From: Octopus vulgaris
Taxonomy: Eukaryota
DNA length: 64,000 bases
Reading direction: 5' to 3'
Assembly: GCA_951406725.2 (NCBI GenBank)
Contig: OX597827.1
Location: forward strand, 38,316,001 to 38,380,000
The notes beneath the pieces were generated by a model. That model was not told the origin of the DNA. It was given only the letters and a program-made list of their open reading frames with translations, and did not search any database. A program made the position numbers and the translations under genes. How positions within the stretch are numbered: position 1 is the stretch's first letter; each line of letters opens with the position of its first letter. This document shows, piece after piece, positions 23,961 through 36,888 of the stretch.

Positions 23961-24352
23961 GGTGTTGGAGTGGCTGTTTGGTAAGTAGCTTGCTTACCAA
24001 CCACATGGTTCCGGGTTCAGTCCCACTGCATGGCACCTTGGGCAAGTGTCTTCTGCTATAGCCTCGGGTCAACCAAAGCCTTGTGAGTGGATTTGGTAGG
24101 CAGGAACTGAAAGAAGCCTGTCGTATATATGTATATATATATATGTATGCGTATATGTTTGTGTGTCTATGTTTGCCCCCCAACATCGCTTGACAACCGA
24201 TGTTGATGTGTTTACGTCCCTGTAACTTAGCAGTTCAGCAAAAGAGACCGATAGAATAAGTACTAGGTTTACAAAGAATAAGTCCTGGGGTCGACTAAGA
24301 GCAGTGCTCCAGCATGGCCCCAGTCAAATGACTGAAACAAGTAAAAGAGTAA
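23961..24352 (+). mobile_element. SINE family A (young)
   Basis: Near-consensus full-length copy. Confidence 0.92.
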
Positions 24353-26374
24353 GAAATCTAGGTGATGGGTAAGACTGATAATGGTCTCCAGGAAACTTTA
24401 GATGTCGACAAGGATGAACTCTGTTTCAACGGCACTGATGCCAAGCTGTATCAGCCTTTGCCTTTCTCTTGGATAACATCAGTGGCATAGAGAGGAGAGG
24501 ATGGTATGCATGAGCGATTGCTGGTCTTCCACTAATAACTTTGCCTGGACTTGTGCCTCAGAGGGGAACATTCTAGGTGCAACTCCATGGTCATTCTTGA
24601 CTGAAGGGGATCATTACCACTTCTTAACCCCTTTGGACATTAACAAGGTGTTCAAAGCAACTGGAACCATTGGATACAATCACACAGTTTTGCATAGATA
24701 AAAAAAAAAACACCAAGCCCAAAGCACATGACTAGCCAAGGAATCAACCAAACATATTGTGAAGATAATCATTTATACATATTTTATCACTAAATATTTT
24801 CAAGCTGTATCTCTAACATAATCCTCTTAATCCATATTGATTTGTTATTAAATATATTTACCTTAATCCTTTGGACAAGAGGTATTATTAGTATTACTAG
24901 TATTATTCTTAATAACATTAATATTATTAGTATTATTATTATTGTTATTAATATTAATATTAATATTGTTGTTGTTGCTATTAAGTAATCACATTGTAGG
25001 TTGGTTGGTTGGTTGGTTGGCTGGTAGGCTTTTACTTAACTTCAGCTGTTGGACTACAGAGATGCTGGGCTCTACCACCTTTAATATGACTGAATGTTGA
25101 GTTGGGATTAAATGACATGATGTGTGTGTGTGTGTGTGTGTGTTTATGTGTCTCAAGCCATTGTCTTTGACATTGTTTGTGCACTGTGTACAAAAACAAT
25201 GCCACCACATACACAGTTTCATTGTTTACATCTGCTGGGCTGGTTGTTCAAGAGCTTGGTGTTCAAAGGGCCAAGAATAATAGTACCTTACTTGGAAACC
25301 AGTGTGGGTCGGTGACAGGCAGGGTATCTAGCCATAGAAAAATTGCCTCAGTAAGTCTCACCGAACTCATTACTAACATGGAAAAAGCCCGCATTGAAAC
25401 AATGATCACACACACACACACAATTTTCATCTCTTGCTTCCCCATATGTTCTTGCAATCCCTTCTTGCTCCTAGTTTAGCTATCCCTATTCATGTCTGCT
25501 CACTTTGTAAGTTGAGAGGCCACTTGGACACCTCATCGCTGCTATCTTATCACTTTCCAGCTTCCTGATCATTCTTGCCTTCTGTTCTAAACATGAATAA
25601 CCATGTACACAGGTAACCATGTTAACTCCTCTACAGCAGGGAACCTATTCTGCCCCTTGCTCTCATATTTTTTTAAAAGCACTCATTTCATAGCATAAAA
25701 CCTGTTCCTGCCAGGAACAGGTTTAAATATGTATGTATATGTATACTGGCTTTAGAAGAAAGTTTGTAGTAACATGAAACACTTAATTTAATCATAGAGT
25801 CTGCATTCAAATATAAATATACTCTGAGTTATGTATTGAATTCTTTAATGGATAGCACTCTCCTTCATTCTTTGATTATCAAATGTATATGTTGTTTGCA
25901 TATCTATGTGTGTATGTTTGAAAGCATGGCTGCATTATTCAGAATTTTACCTCCTGATTATGTTATTCAAACGATCTGTTTGGCACCTTGGGGAGACAGA
26001 AATGCTTTGGGCAGATTGAATTGTACCTGTAATTCAAAAGAGCTGAAACTAAGTAAAAGACTACCAACCAACTAGCCAACCAACCGACCTCCATTGTGAT
26101 TACTTAATAGCAGCAACAACAATATTAATATTAATATTAACAACAATAATAATAATACTAATAATATTAAGAATAATGTTAGTAGTACTAATAATACCTC
26201 TTGTCCAAAGGATTAAGATAAATTTATTACCAGGACACACTGATTCAGCCTCAGAATTATAGTAATGGTGCATGATTGTGGAATACTAAACCAACCAGCT
26301 TGAGAACACTTCTAGTTTTGTGATTGTTGTAAAATGTTCCATCAAGATTTCCAATTGATGTTCCAAATACTATC

Positions 26375-26581
26375 TTAACCCCTTTAGCATTCAGATAACT
26401 TTGTCAAATGTAATGCTTATTTATATACATTGTTTTGAATTAATCATGTATTGTCTTGTAGCTTTGAGATTTCAATGACATTCCAGGATAGACAGGTGTA
26501 AGAGGCCAGATCTGACCAGTTTGAACATAAAACAAGTAGAATATTTTGGCCAGATATGGCCAGCTTAAATGCTAGGGTTAA
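26375..26581 (+). mobile_element. piggyBac-like MITE family E, inserted at TTAA inside MITE family F
   Basis: Ends TTAA-ccc(c)tttagcatt ... aatgctagggTTAA. The flanks rejoin the family F sequence at a TTAA. Confidence 0.8.
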
Positions 26582-26714
26582 TAATGACAAAATTATTTGT
26601 CTAGATTTTTGATTATTTTCAAAAGATAATTGAAACAAAAGCCAGTCTATGTCTATAGAAATATGGTAACAAAAGGCTTAATCTGCTCAAAAGGGGTTAA
26701 TCCATTCAAAAGAG

Positions 26715-26891
26715 TTAAACATTCAGATTACTCTGTCAAATGTAAAAGTTATTTATTCACGTTATTGTGAATTAATCATACATTATTTCATAGCTTCAAG
26801 ATTTCATTGAACTGATTGTTTAATTTCAGAATGACATTGTGGGGTACATGTGACAAGCCAGATCTGGCTGGTTTAAATGCTAAAGGGTTAA
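26715..26891 (+). mobile_element. piggyBac-like MITE family E (left end eroded)
   Basis: Family E body ending aatgctaaagggTTAA. Confidence 0.8.
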
Positions 26892-26896
26892 ACAGT

Positions 26897-27482
26897 GGAG
26901 ATGCATGGCTCAGTGCTTAGAGTATTGGACTCATTGTAAAATTGTGGTTTCAATTCCTGGACCGGGCAACACGTTGTGTTCTTGAGCAAAACACTTCATT
27001 TCACATAGTTCCAATTCACTCTGCTAGCAGAAATGAATAATCCTGCGATGGACCAGCATGCTGTCCAGGTGGGGAATATATAAGCCATGGAAACTGGGAA
27101 ATCAGCCCTTATGAGTCGGCATGAGTCAAAACGGTAACTTTACCGTTACCATTGTCTAGGGTTTTAATCAGTCGTACACCTCTCAAGAAAGAAAGGCAAA
27201 GACAATTGAAAATAAAAGGACATAACTGGATATAACATTGATTCTTTGGTTTCACACACTGATTTATGCTATCCATCACCTACCTATATGTGTATGTCTG
27301 TCTATCTGCCTGTTTGTCAACAATGGTCAGTCTTCATTTCACTTTGATCCAGTCCACCGAGCTAGAAAAAAGTCCTGCATTGGACCAACATCCCATCCAA
27401 GTGAGTAATGCATAATTGCCATGAAACCGAAAAACCAGCCCTTATCAGACGGTTTGACTCAAGAAGGTAACTTTACCTTTTG
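26897..27482 (+). mobile_element. SINE family C plus shared 3' flank and a second family C 3' half
   Basis: 26897-27150 matches 16888-17142. 27150-27332 matches 17143-17312. 27332-27482 repeats the family C 3' half. Confidence 0.75.
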
Positions 27483-27952
27483 AAAGGGTTAAGCATAATG
27501 TTCTGTTGATTGAAAAACTCGAACAAGCTTCATCAAAACTTTGGTGAGATCTATCACAAGCACACACACATACACACACACACACACACACAGAGGCAAA
27601 TATGCCTAATGAGTACAAGAGATGGTGCACATGCTGCTGATCTAGATTGCATGATTATAAAATGCAAGTTACGAAAATATAGAAACAACCCACCTGTCAC
27701 AATTTGTCAGTCAGTAACAGTAGAGCAAGAAGTGGGTAGATAACACGAGCAGAAGGAAAGTGGTGTGAGGTCACATCTGAAAACAGAGGGGCCTCTTATT
27801 AGATCAAGCATGGAATTGAGACAAATATAGTAATGTTTTGTTGTACCTTTCTCAGGCTTCTCTCAGTTTCCACCTACCAAATCCACTCACAAGGGTTTGG
27901 TTGGCTGGGGTAATACTTTATTTAGGCTTTCTGGTTTATGGAGGTTTTGTTG

Positions 27953-28384
27953 CACACACACACACACACAATCTCAGGTGGTTTTAACAAAAGATTCATA
28001 TATAGTACCAAATTCAACACTAGTATTAAAACAGCATCCAAACAATTGTAGATGGGTTGCAGTTGCAGGCAGTCTCATGGTCTGATTACAGGAGAGAGAG
28101 AGAGAGAGAGCATGATAGAAGTTGTTGAAAGATACAGATTTGTGAAAGTAGCAGTTTATATGTTATAGCAAACTGGATATCTCCCACTCCACTCTGCTTC
28201 TATGCTCCACACCCCCCCCATCCTTTCTATTGGTGATTGGTGATCACTTGGTATTGAAAACTTTTGGCAATCTCACTCATCTACAGAAATCAATATTCAT
28301 CATTTTTCTAAGAGGCAATAGGCTTTTGACTATCCGTTTGGTAAACGAGGTGGCAGTGGTGGAAGTGGGGGGGAGGGGGATGGA
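27953..28384 (+). repeat. Near-identical duplicate of 41240-41727 (unique-looking sequence)
   Basis: Direct alignment by eye shows only a few substitutions plus a 58-bp deletion between atggtc microhomologies. Confidence 0.95.
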
Positions 28385-28472
28385 AAGTGTATGTGTGTGA
28401 GAGGGGGGGTTATTGTTACCATGTTTGCGTGTGTATGTGTGGACTATGGTAGCTGTTGAAACTGGAATACAT

Positions 28473-28509
<37 letters not shown>

Positions 28510-30477
28510 TATATACTTGTACACATATATGTACATACCTACCCATATATACACATATACTCATGTGCTTGTACAGAAGCACACATGCATACACATATGT
28601 ACAATCACATACATAGTGACATTTTGTTAGGTCTTTGTTAGAATGGAAAACAACAAAGTAACACTAACAACTAGTAGGTACTATTATGGTCGTACAATTG
28701 TATTTGACTGTAGAACAGTGGAACTGGTTCTTGGAAAATGATTTCAAGTACAAATGATAGGTAAAAAAAAAAACAAAAAAGAAGAATCTTTCTCTCCACC
28801 CCCACCTGCATCCTCAGTGATTAGTGACATTTACCCCCCCCCCATACACCCCTGCTCATTGTAAACTGCTATTCAGCTGATAAAAGACAGGTTTCTACTC
28901 AATTCTTTTCTACCTCCTACTCTTCCTCCTTCTGTCTTTTCTCTTTCTCCTCCTCCTCCTCTCCCCCTTTGCCACATCTACTTTTGTTTTATTTTTGTGT
29001 TTGTTTTTTTTCCTTTTTTCTTTTCAGTTTTACCTTCTCTTCTCACTCCTCCTCTTTGCTCTCTTTCTTTTTCTCTTTCATTCTCTTTCTTTCCTCCACT
29101 TCTTCCTCCTCCTCCACCTTTTTCTTCTAGACAAATAATAGCTATCTTAGTTTGGCTCCTCCCCCCTCCTTCTCTTCACCCCCTGCCTTCCCCCCCTCCG
29201 TTTCTACAGACCCATTCTTGTTCTCTGGGGGCAGGTGAAGAGATGGGCGGGGAGTACTTGAGTGGATGGAAGATTATCTATGTAAAAGACTTAACATTTG
29301 GCAAAGAGAAATTAAAGTAAAGAAGAAACAAAAGAAATGAAAAAAAAAAACAAATAAAGAGAATAAAAAGAGTGTGGCAGAAGAAGATAATAAGAGAAAG
29401 AAAGAAAGAAAGAAAAGGTGGGGGGTAGGGGTGCTGGTAAGAGGTGTTTAATTATGTGATTGTCATTGTGAAACTATTGTCTTTATTTTGCTTTCCATGA
29501 GTCCCAAATAATCTACTTCATTGGTTTATTTCTTTTGTTAGAGAAGGGAACAGGGTGGAGGGTGGTGGTCGTAGGGGGGGATAAGTAGAAAATTAAATAA
29601 TAATAATAATAACAACAATAATAAAATAATAACAACAATAATAATAAAACTATAATAATGATATAAGAGAAAGAGTTTGCTAAATTGCAAACAAAAGGCA
29701 TCTAATTATTTACACTTTTCTTCTTGTTACTGCTACTGTTGTTGTTGTTGTTGATGTTGTTGTTGTCATTGCTATTTGTTTTTGCCACAAGACTATTAAT
29801 ACCTTGTAGCATATGGCCATGTGGTTTTCTCAAACTATATGTATTTTGCATTTGGTGCCATTGTGTGGCACCTGGTTGCATGTGTTGCCTCCTGTGATAC
29901 CTACAGGTTGAAGCAAACCCTGTGAGGGAAAACTTGTTGGACTGAATCTGTATAGAAATGCATTGAAGGTGGTGACCTGTTATGTTTTGGGGATGGGGGT
30001 GAATACATTTCACTTTTCCCTTCTTTGCTAGAAATGTTTAAAAATACCAGTTGAGTACTGCGGCCCTTATAATCACCCTTTCCATTCTAACCTTGGAGTT
30101 GGGTAAAATAAAAACTCCAGTCATGTACTGAGGCCAGTATAATCAACTGTTTCCTCCCTGAAATTTATGGCATTGTGCTTCAAATAAAAGCTATTATGGC
30201 TGTCATCATTGTTGTTTTCTATATAAACAGTCACAGTTCACAGAGCTCTGTGTAGAAAACATTTTCTTTCAGAATTTTATTTTTTTGTCTTTTCACCTCT
30301 AGACAGCTTTGGATCAGTGAAATGTGAGCCCCTTTTCTTAGGTTAGAGTAAAAAATTGTCAATGGGGCTCTTTGAACTGTTTACACATTTTTAACAAATA
30401 ACCATTTGCAATATTTACATGCAGTGGTGCCAGCAGTAACATAAACAAATATACAATTATTTTTCATATATGTTATA

Positions 30478-30885
30478 GGCACAGGAGTGCCTATAAGAAG
30501 CTTGCTTCCCAACCACATGATTCCAGGTTCGGTCCCACTGCGTGGCACCTTGGACAAGTGTCTTCTATTATAGCCTTGGGCTGATCAAAGCCTTGTGAGT
30601 GGATTTGGTAGACAGAAACTGAAAGAAGCCCATTGTGTACGTATATATGTGTGTATGTAAGTATATGTCTGTGCTTGTCCCCCCCCCCCCCAACCACGAC
30701 CACAACCACCATTGCTTGACAATCAATAATGTTGTGTTTACATCCCTGTAACTTAGTGGTTCTGCAAAAGTGATCAATAGAATAAGTACTAGGCTTACAA
30801 AGAATAAGTCCTGAGGTCGATTTGTTCAACTAAAGATGGTACTCTAATATGGCTGCAGTCAGATGACTGAAACAGATAAAAGAAT
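30478..30885 (+). mobile_element. SINE family A
   Basis: Full-length family A copy. Confidence 0.9.
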
Positions 30886-31005
30886 ATATATATAAAGCAC
30901 AAGCAGAACAAGTACCATAGAAGATACAAAATAGAATAGTGTCTGAATGAAAACAGATACAGTATTAATGGTAATAACAACTACATTCCATAATTTACTA
31001 ACATT

Positions 31006-31310
31006 ATGGAGCAAAAAGAGCAATTTAACTTGAGCCAGTTCAAAGAAAAAGAGGAGTGGATAAGGTATGTCACAAAAGGTGGTACCTCTTTGTCAAAGAC
31101 ACTCAGACTGGATATGAAGGACAGAAGGGTCTGTTACTGCCTGTGTGGTAATAAAGGCTATTTGAGGGACTTCTGCATAAAAAAAGTAAAGCAAAAAGAA
31201 ATTAGAGAAGTGAGGATAGATAGCTGCAGAGGTGACAGCAATATAACAGTGGGCCTCTGAAGACTATAGTATTGCTACAATTGTTTTTCAGAGCATCACC
31301 ATTCATAGGC
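31006..31310 (+). pseudogene. Possible degenerate gag/ORF1 zinc-knuckle remnant
   Basis: ORF 31006-31260 has CYCLCGNKGYLRDFC, followed out of frame by YCYNC...H, resembling two decayed CCHC knuckles. Confidence 0.25.
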
Positions 31311-31704
31311 CTGAGAATGGCCAAAGTGGGAGCAAAAGAAATCATCTTGTCCTCAATTCACTAATTGAAAGTTAGCGTCAGGAAAGATATCTAGCTTTAG
31401 AAAATCTGCCTCATAAATTTTGTCTGACTCATGCAAGCATGGAAAAGTGGATGTGAAAATGATGATGCTGTACATCTCCACATGTTTTGTAACTTATTTT
31501 ATATAAAACATATGTAGGCCCTTGTGGCCAATACTGAAAGGATGTTTTGATAGGGCTGACTCTTGTTATGCTGTGTTTGTCCTCAATGCAATTAGTTTCA
31601 ATCATGTTTTTAGAGACTGAGTTGCTTCAAAGTACAGCAGCATCAGCCAGTTAGTTACCTGGTCTCTATAGTGTATAAGTGACTGAGATTACAATATTCC
31701 CCTT

Positions 31705-31875
31705 GAAAGGGACATTGGACCATCACAGGGTTCCTCATTTACTGCTGAGTGATTTGTATCAGCATGAAATGAGATGACTTACTCAAAAATGCAACACATC
31801 ACCCAGTCCAGGAATTGAAACCAAACTCTTGCAATTGTGAGCACAACATCCTAACTGCTAAGCTATGTGTCTTCA
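31705..31875 (-). mobile_element. SINE family C, old
   Basis: Reverse complement of family C head and central domain. Confidence 0.6.
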
Positions 31876-32746
31876 CTCAAGTTACAGTATTCTTTAGAAA
31901 ATAAAAAAATAAGCAAAATGAAATGGTTACAGCTGGAATGAGTTAATCAGCCTTAAGCGGATTTGTCTGATCAAGGACTCACCAAAAAAAGAAAGTCCCT
32001 CTACGAACCCTTCCAGCTTGTAGTCATCCTGCTCTCTTTGCTAACAGAAAACTGTAACAACTTACCAATGATCTTTACGCAGCAATGATAATAGTCTAAC
32101 TGACCAATGGAAAATTGTGTAACAATACCATGGTCCCACACTGCAGAAATCTTCTGGTTGTCTCTATTTCTCCCTGTCCCACACTATCCAACTGATCAAT
32201 TACATAATCCTCAGAAAGTAATCTCTTTGTTTCTATAATTACGCAAAAGATGATTTCTCTTCTTTTTTTTACATTGGAAAGATTTGTTGGCGGTGGCGGT
32301 GGTGGTGGTTGTTGTTTAGCCACAGGTCAGCCCTGATTGATCAGTCAGAACTATGATCAAAGGCATTCAAGCTGTGATATAAGAAGCCTAATTGCAACTG
32401 GCAAAAATTCAAGAAAAGACCTAACAGATGATATTGATGGAAATGGGGGAGGGTTGGATTGGATGAAAAGGCTCAATCTTTTCTGACATAACAATGTGGT
32501 TAAAAATAACAATAGAAATAATGGCTTTTAGCATGAGCACAAGATCACATATTTGTGGGGAGGAACAGTTAATTATAATGACCACACTATTAAACTGGTG
32601 CTTTTATTTTACTACAAGCAGGGTAAATAAAGGTGTTAATTTCAGTAGGATTTGAAATCAAGAGTGGAAGGAGTAATGACTAAAGACTACAGAAGGTATT
32701 TTGTCTGGCACTCCGACAGTTCTGTTATCCTCTGTTTTAAAAATAA

Positions 32747-32777
<31 letters not shown>

Positions 32778-33276
32778 AAGCTGGACCTGTGAAAACTCAA
32801 AGAAAACAAAAAATGTAAGCATCTGTAAACAATGTACTGGTGCCATGAGAAATGTTTGCATATTATAATGGTCTGTCTTTATGCTCTGAGTTCAAGTTCT
32901 GCCAAAGTCAACTCTACCTTTTGTCCTTTCAGGGTCGATAAATTAAGCACCAGTTGTGTACTGGGGGCAATCTGATTAACTGGCTCCCTCCCCACAAAAA
33001 TTTCAGGCTAATCAAAAGATTTTTTAGCAGCATAAGTTGAGCCAATGTCTCTTTCTTATGTCCTCTCTGAAACATTTAAAAACATAAAAGGAATGCCATC
33101 ACCACTCACTGTCTCTTTCACTCTCTCTTTCTCTCACACTCTCTGGCTTTCTCTCTTACTTCCTCTCTGTTCTCCTCTCTCTTGCTTTGCCACTTCAATG
33201 AAGTGTGACGCACACAACAGGTATGTACAAAAACAGAAAGTTAGCGTATTAATATTATTGATAATGATAATAATTT

Positions 33277-33760
33277 GCCCTGATGCAGTACCAAGCAGTG
33301 GCTCTCATGGCTTCTGATCTTTTGTCTTGCTATAAAAGATGGGCTACCACAGATTTTCTTGTCAGTTGTTTGACTGTAACCAGTTGAGCATGTCCCTTAG
33401 TGGCTGACGATATGTGCATCTCTAATCATGAGCAGGAGTAATGGAGGAGCATCATAGCCATGTGTTGAGAGGAATTATTGGGGGTTTGGATAATTCACCT
33501 TTGAAAACATGAGTGTTTCATTCAACATCCTTAAACAACCCTTATTCAGAGACCTTTTGAGTGGGATGGGCTACACAACCTGAAGATAAACAGTGCAAGG
33601 TCATGCACTGTTTATCTTGATGTGAGATCACTATATTGCACACATATGGTTGTGATGCATATGCCTGGTGTACCCTTATCAGACAGGTAGACATGATGTG
33701 TATACTGGGTTTCGTATATTTTACCCCAGTGTCACTTTGATGGCATGCACTGCTCTCTCA
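33277..33760 (+). repeat. Unclassified dispersed repeat (fragment also at about 5725-5790, minus)
   Basis: ccagttgagcatgtcccttagtggctgacgatatgtgcatct matches the reverse complement of about 5742-5785; bounded by (AAT)n. Confidence 0.5.
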
Positions 33761-33769
33761 ATAATAATA

Positions 33770-33984
33770 ATCCTTTCTACTATAGAAAGGCCAGCAATTT
33801 TGTGGGAGGGGTAAGTCGATTACATCAACACCAGTGCTCAATTGGTATTTATTTTATCAACCCTGAAAGGGTGAAATGCAAAGTCGACTGTGGCAGAATT
33901 TGAACTCAGAAAGACAGCTGAAATACCGCTAAGCATTTTGCCCAGTATGCTCAGCTTGCTGCTCTAATAATAATGATGATGATC

Positions 33985-34019
<35 letters not shown>

Positions 34020-34223
34020 CCTTTCTACTAAAGGCACAAGGCCTAAAATTTGGGGTGGAGATAGTTGAATACATCAACCCCAGTACTCAACTGGTACTTA
34101 TTTTATCAGCTCCAAAAGGATGAAAGGTAAAGTCAACCTCGGTGGAATTTGAAAGGCAAAATACTGCTAAACATTTGTACCAGCGTACTAACAATTTTGC
34201 CAACTCGCTACCTTATTATTATT

Positions 34224-34285
<62 letters not shown>

Positions 34286-34465
34286 CAACAACAACAGCAA
34301 CACTTTCTACTATAGGCACAAGACCTGAAATTTTGCATGGAGGGGTCTAGTCGATTACATCAACCCCAGTGCTCAACTGGTACTTATTTCATTGACCCCG
34401 AAAAGATGAAAGGCAAAATCACCCTCAGTAGAATTTGAGCTCAGAATGAAAAAAACAGATGAAAT
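33770..34465 (-). mobile_element. Three tandem SINE family B copies separated by (AAT)n
   Basis: Approximate copies at 33770-33962, 34019-34215 and 34303-34465. Confidence 0.88.
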
Positions 34466-34948
34466 AACTGTTGTGTAGTGATCTTTAAAAAAGAAAAAAA
34501 CACATAGAAATTAAATAGCACGGACACATGCGGATCTGAACATACATAAACAAACCCACATCTACCTACATATACATATACAGGCATAAACACACCTGCA
34601 TATAACACAGACTTATAGAAACACCTACACAGCAGACACTCACCCACACACGCATTAAAATATCCAAGTCCATTAGTCTTGCACAGCAATGTCCAGTTAT
34701 AGCAAACGCTACACTCCAGCATTTATTGCTTGTATATCGAAAGACATTACTAACAGAGCTGTTTCCAAATAATTCCATACCATACAGTTCTATATTTAAG
34801 AGATGAGGAATTATGTACATTATTTACATTTGATGGATATTTGTCCTCATTTTGTTTGTCGTTAACGTTTCAACTGATATACCCTCCAGCCTTCATCAGG
34901 TGTCTAGAGGAAATTCCGAACCTGGGTTCTCATTCCTAAGGTATTTAC

Positions 34949-35158
<210 letters not shown>

Positions 35159-35382
35159 CAGGTCACTGCCTAGAATTGAACTCAGAATCTTGGGGTTAGT
35201 AGCCTGCGCTCTTAACCACTACACCATATGCCCATGGGCATAAGGCATAGTGGTTAAGAGTGTGGGCTACTAACTGCAAGATTCCAAGTTCGATTCCAAG
35301 CAGTGACCTGAACAACAACAACAACAATAATAACACTGAAAAATATCTTAGGAATGAGAACCCAGGTTCGAAATTTCCCCTA

Positions 35383-35428
35383 GTCGCCTGATGAAGGCTG
35401 GAGGGTATATCAGCCGAAACGTTGCGTT
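35383..35428 (+). ncRNA. Minimal type I hammerhead ribozyme motif (Penelope-type)
   Basis: gtcgc-CTGATGA-a-ggctgg[agggtata]tcagcc-GAAA-cg-TT-gcgtt. Conserved core, 5-6 bp stem II, palindromic ACGT stem III, stem I cgc/gcg. Confidence 0.7.
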
Positions 35429-35544
35429 AACAACAAACAAGATGAGGACAATCTGTCAAATGTAAATAATTCCATACCATGGTCTTTGTTGTTCGTCTTT
35501 TTTTGTTACGTTTTTTTTTTGTTTATTGTTTATTTATATTTGTT

Positions 35545-36105
35545 TTGTTTAATTATTCACTTGTGGCAGCCATGCTGGGGTTCTACCTTGAAGGGTTTAG
35601 TCAAACAAATCAACCATTGCACTTATTTTTTAAAGCTAGTACTTGTTGCATCAGTGTCTTTTTCTCTATACCACTAAGTTAGAGGGACATAAGCAAACTA
35701 ACATCAGTTGTCAAGCGAAAGACACACACACACACACACATATATATAGTTAATACAAACATGAAAGCACAAAAAAAAACACAACAACGCGAGGACGTGG
35801 AACAAATATAGTATTATTGGATGCTCAGGAAAGAAGGAGGGTTTAATGTTTCGAGCGGAGCTCTTCGTCGGAAACATAGGAGAAGGAAAGATCCAGAGAA
35901 GGGAAGACAGAGGAAAAAAAAAATCGCCAGCGGTACACACACATGACAGGCTTCTTTCAGTTTCCATCTACCAAATCCATTCAGAAGGCTTTAGTCAGCC
36001 TGGTGTTAAGGTAGAAAACACTTGCCCAAAGTGCCATACAGTGGGACCGAACCCAGAGCCACATAGTTAAGAAGCAAACTTCTTTCCACATAACCATACC
36101 TGTGC
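35545..36105 (-). mobile_element. SINE family A interrupted at its microsatellite by a Penelope-like fragment (about 35750-35935)
   Basis: Family A halves flank a CpG-rich insert. Confidence 0.75.
35841..35875 (-). ncRNA. Minimal hammerhead-like motif, second family
   Basis: gttt-CCGACGA-a-gagc[tcc]gctc-GAAA-ca-TT-aaac. Stems I and II are perfect, the core carries a U4C variant, and CA is probably CpG decay of CG. Confidence 0.6.
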
Positions 36106-36620
36106 CTTTTTTTTTCTCAATTTATCCTTGTACTATCTTCAACAACAAAAAAAAAAAAAGAAAAAAAGAAAAAAATCCTGATTATTATATTATTACCACA
36201 ACTGAAATAATTAGTTTCTAATTAAGCAATTTTGACCCCATACTTCACTGGTACTTTATTTTATCAACCTCCGAGGAAGGGAAAGTAAAAGTTGATCTCA
36301 GTGGGATTTGAACTTAGAAAGTAAAAGAGCCAGAGCTGTGCTCTTTCCCCTCACCCACCGTCCAGTTTTGTGTCTTTATGCCAATGTGTGAGAAATCAAT
36401 ATGCTTTTAGAGCCAACTCTGTAGAATTACAAAATAAATAGGCCAAATCCTATTTAATAATTCTTTGAGCTAACGATAGAGTTACTTGTTATGTGGCCGT
36501 TTGGTCAACTTGCTAGAAATATCAACCAAAATCTCCTGTGAATCACAACAGTATATATTCTATTACTTAGTGGAGGGATACACAGATCTTCTCAGTATTA
36601 ATCTGGGGCTAAACAACTAT

Positions 36621-36832
36621 TTAACCCTTTAACATTCAGATTATTCCATCAAATGTAATCCTTATTCATCCGCATTGTTTTGAATTAATCATGTATTATC
36701 TCATAGTGTTGAGATTACAATGATGTGATGGCTTATTTTTAAAATGACAATGTAGGGTAGGTGTGAGAGGTCAAATCTGGCTAGATTGGACATGTGGGCT
36801 GAATGTGGGCAGTTTGGATGCTAAAAGGTTAA
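36621..36832 (+). mobile_element. piggyBac-like MITE family E
   Basis: TTAAccctttaacatt ... gatgctaaaaggTTAA. Confidence 0.85.
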
Positions 36833-36888
36833 AGAAGTGAAATATATTCGATGTATTTGGTTAAATCCCTTATATTATTGATGCAAAT

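Noticed and set aside
24290-24352. SINE A tail (cagtca-aa-tgactGAAAcaaGTA) as a hammerhead
   Set aside because: It has a hairpin and GAAA..GUA but no upstream CUGANGA core or stem I.
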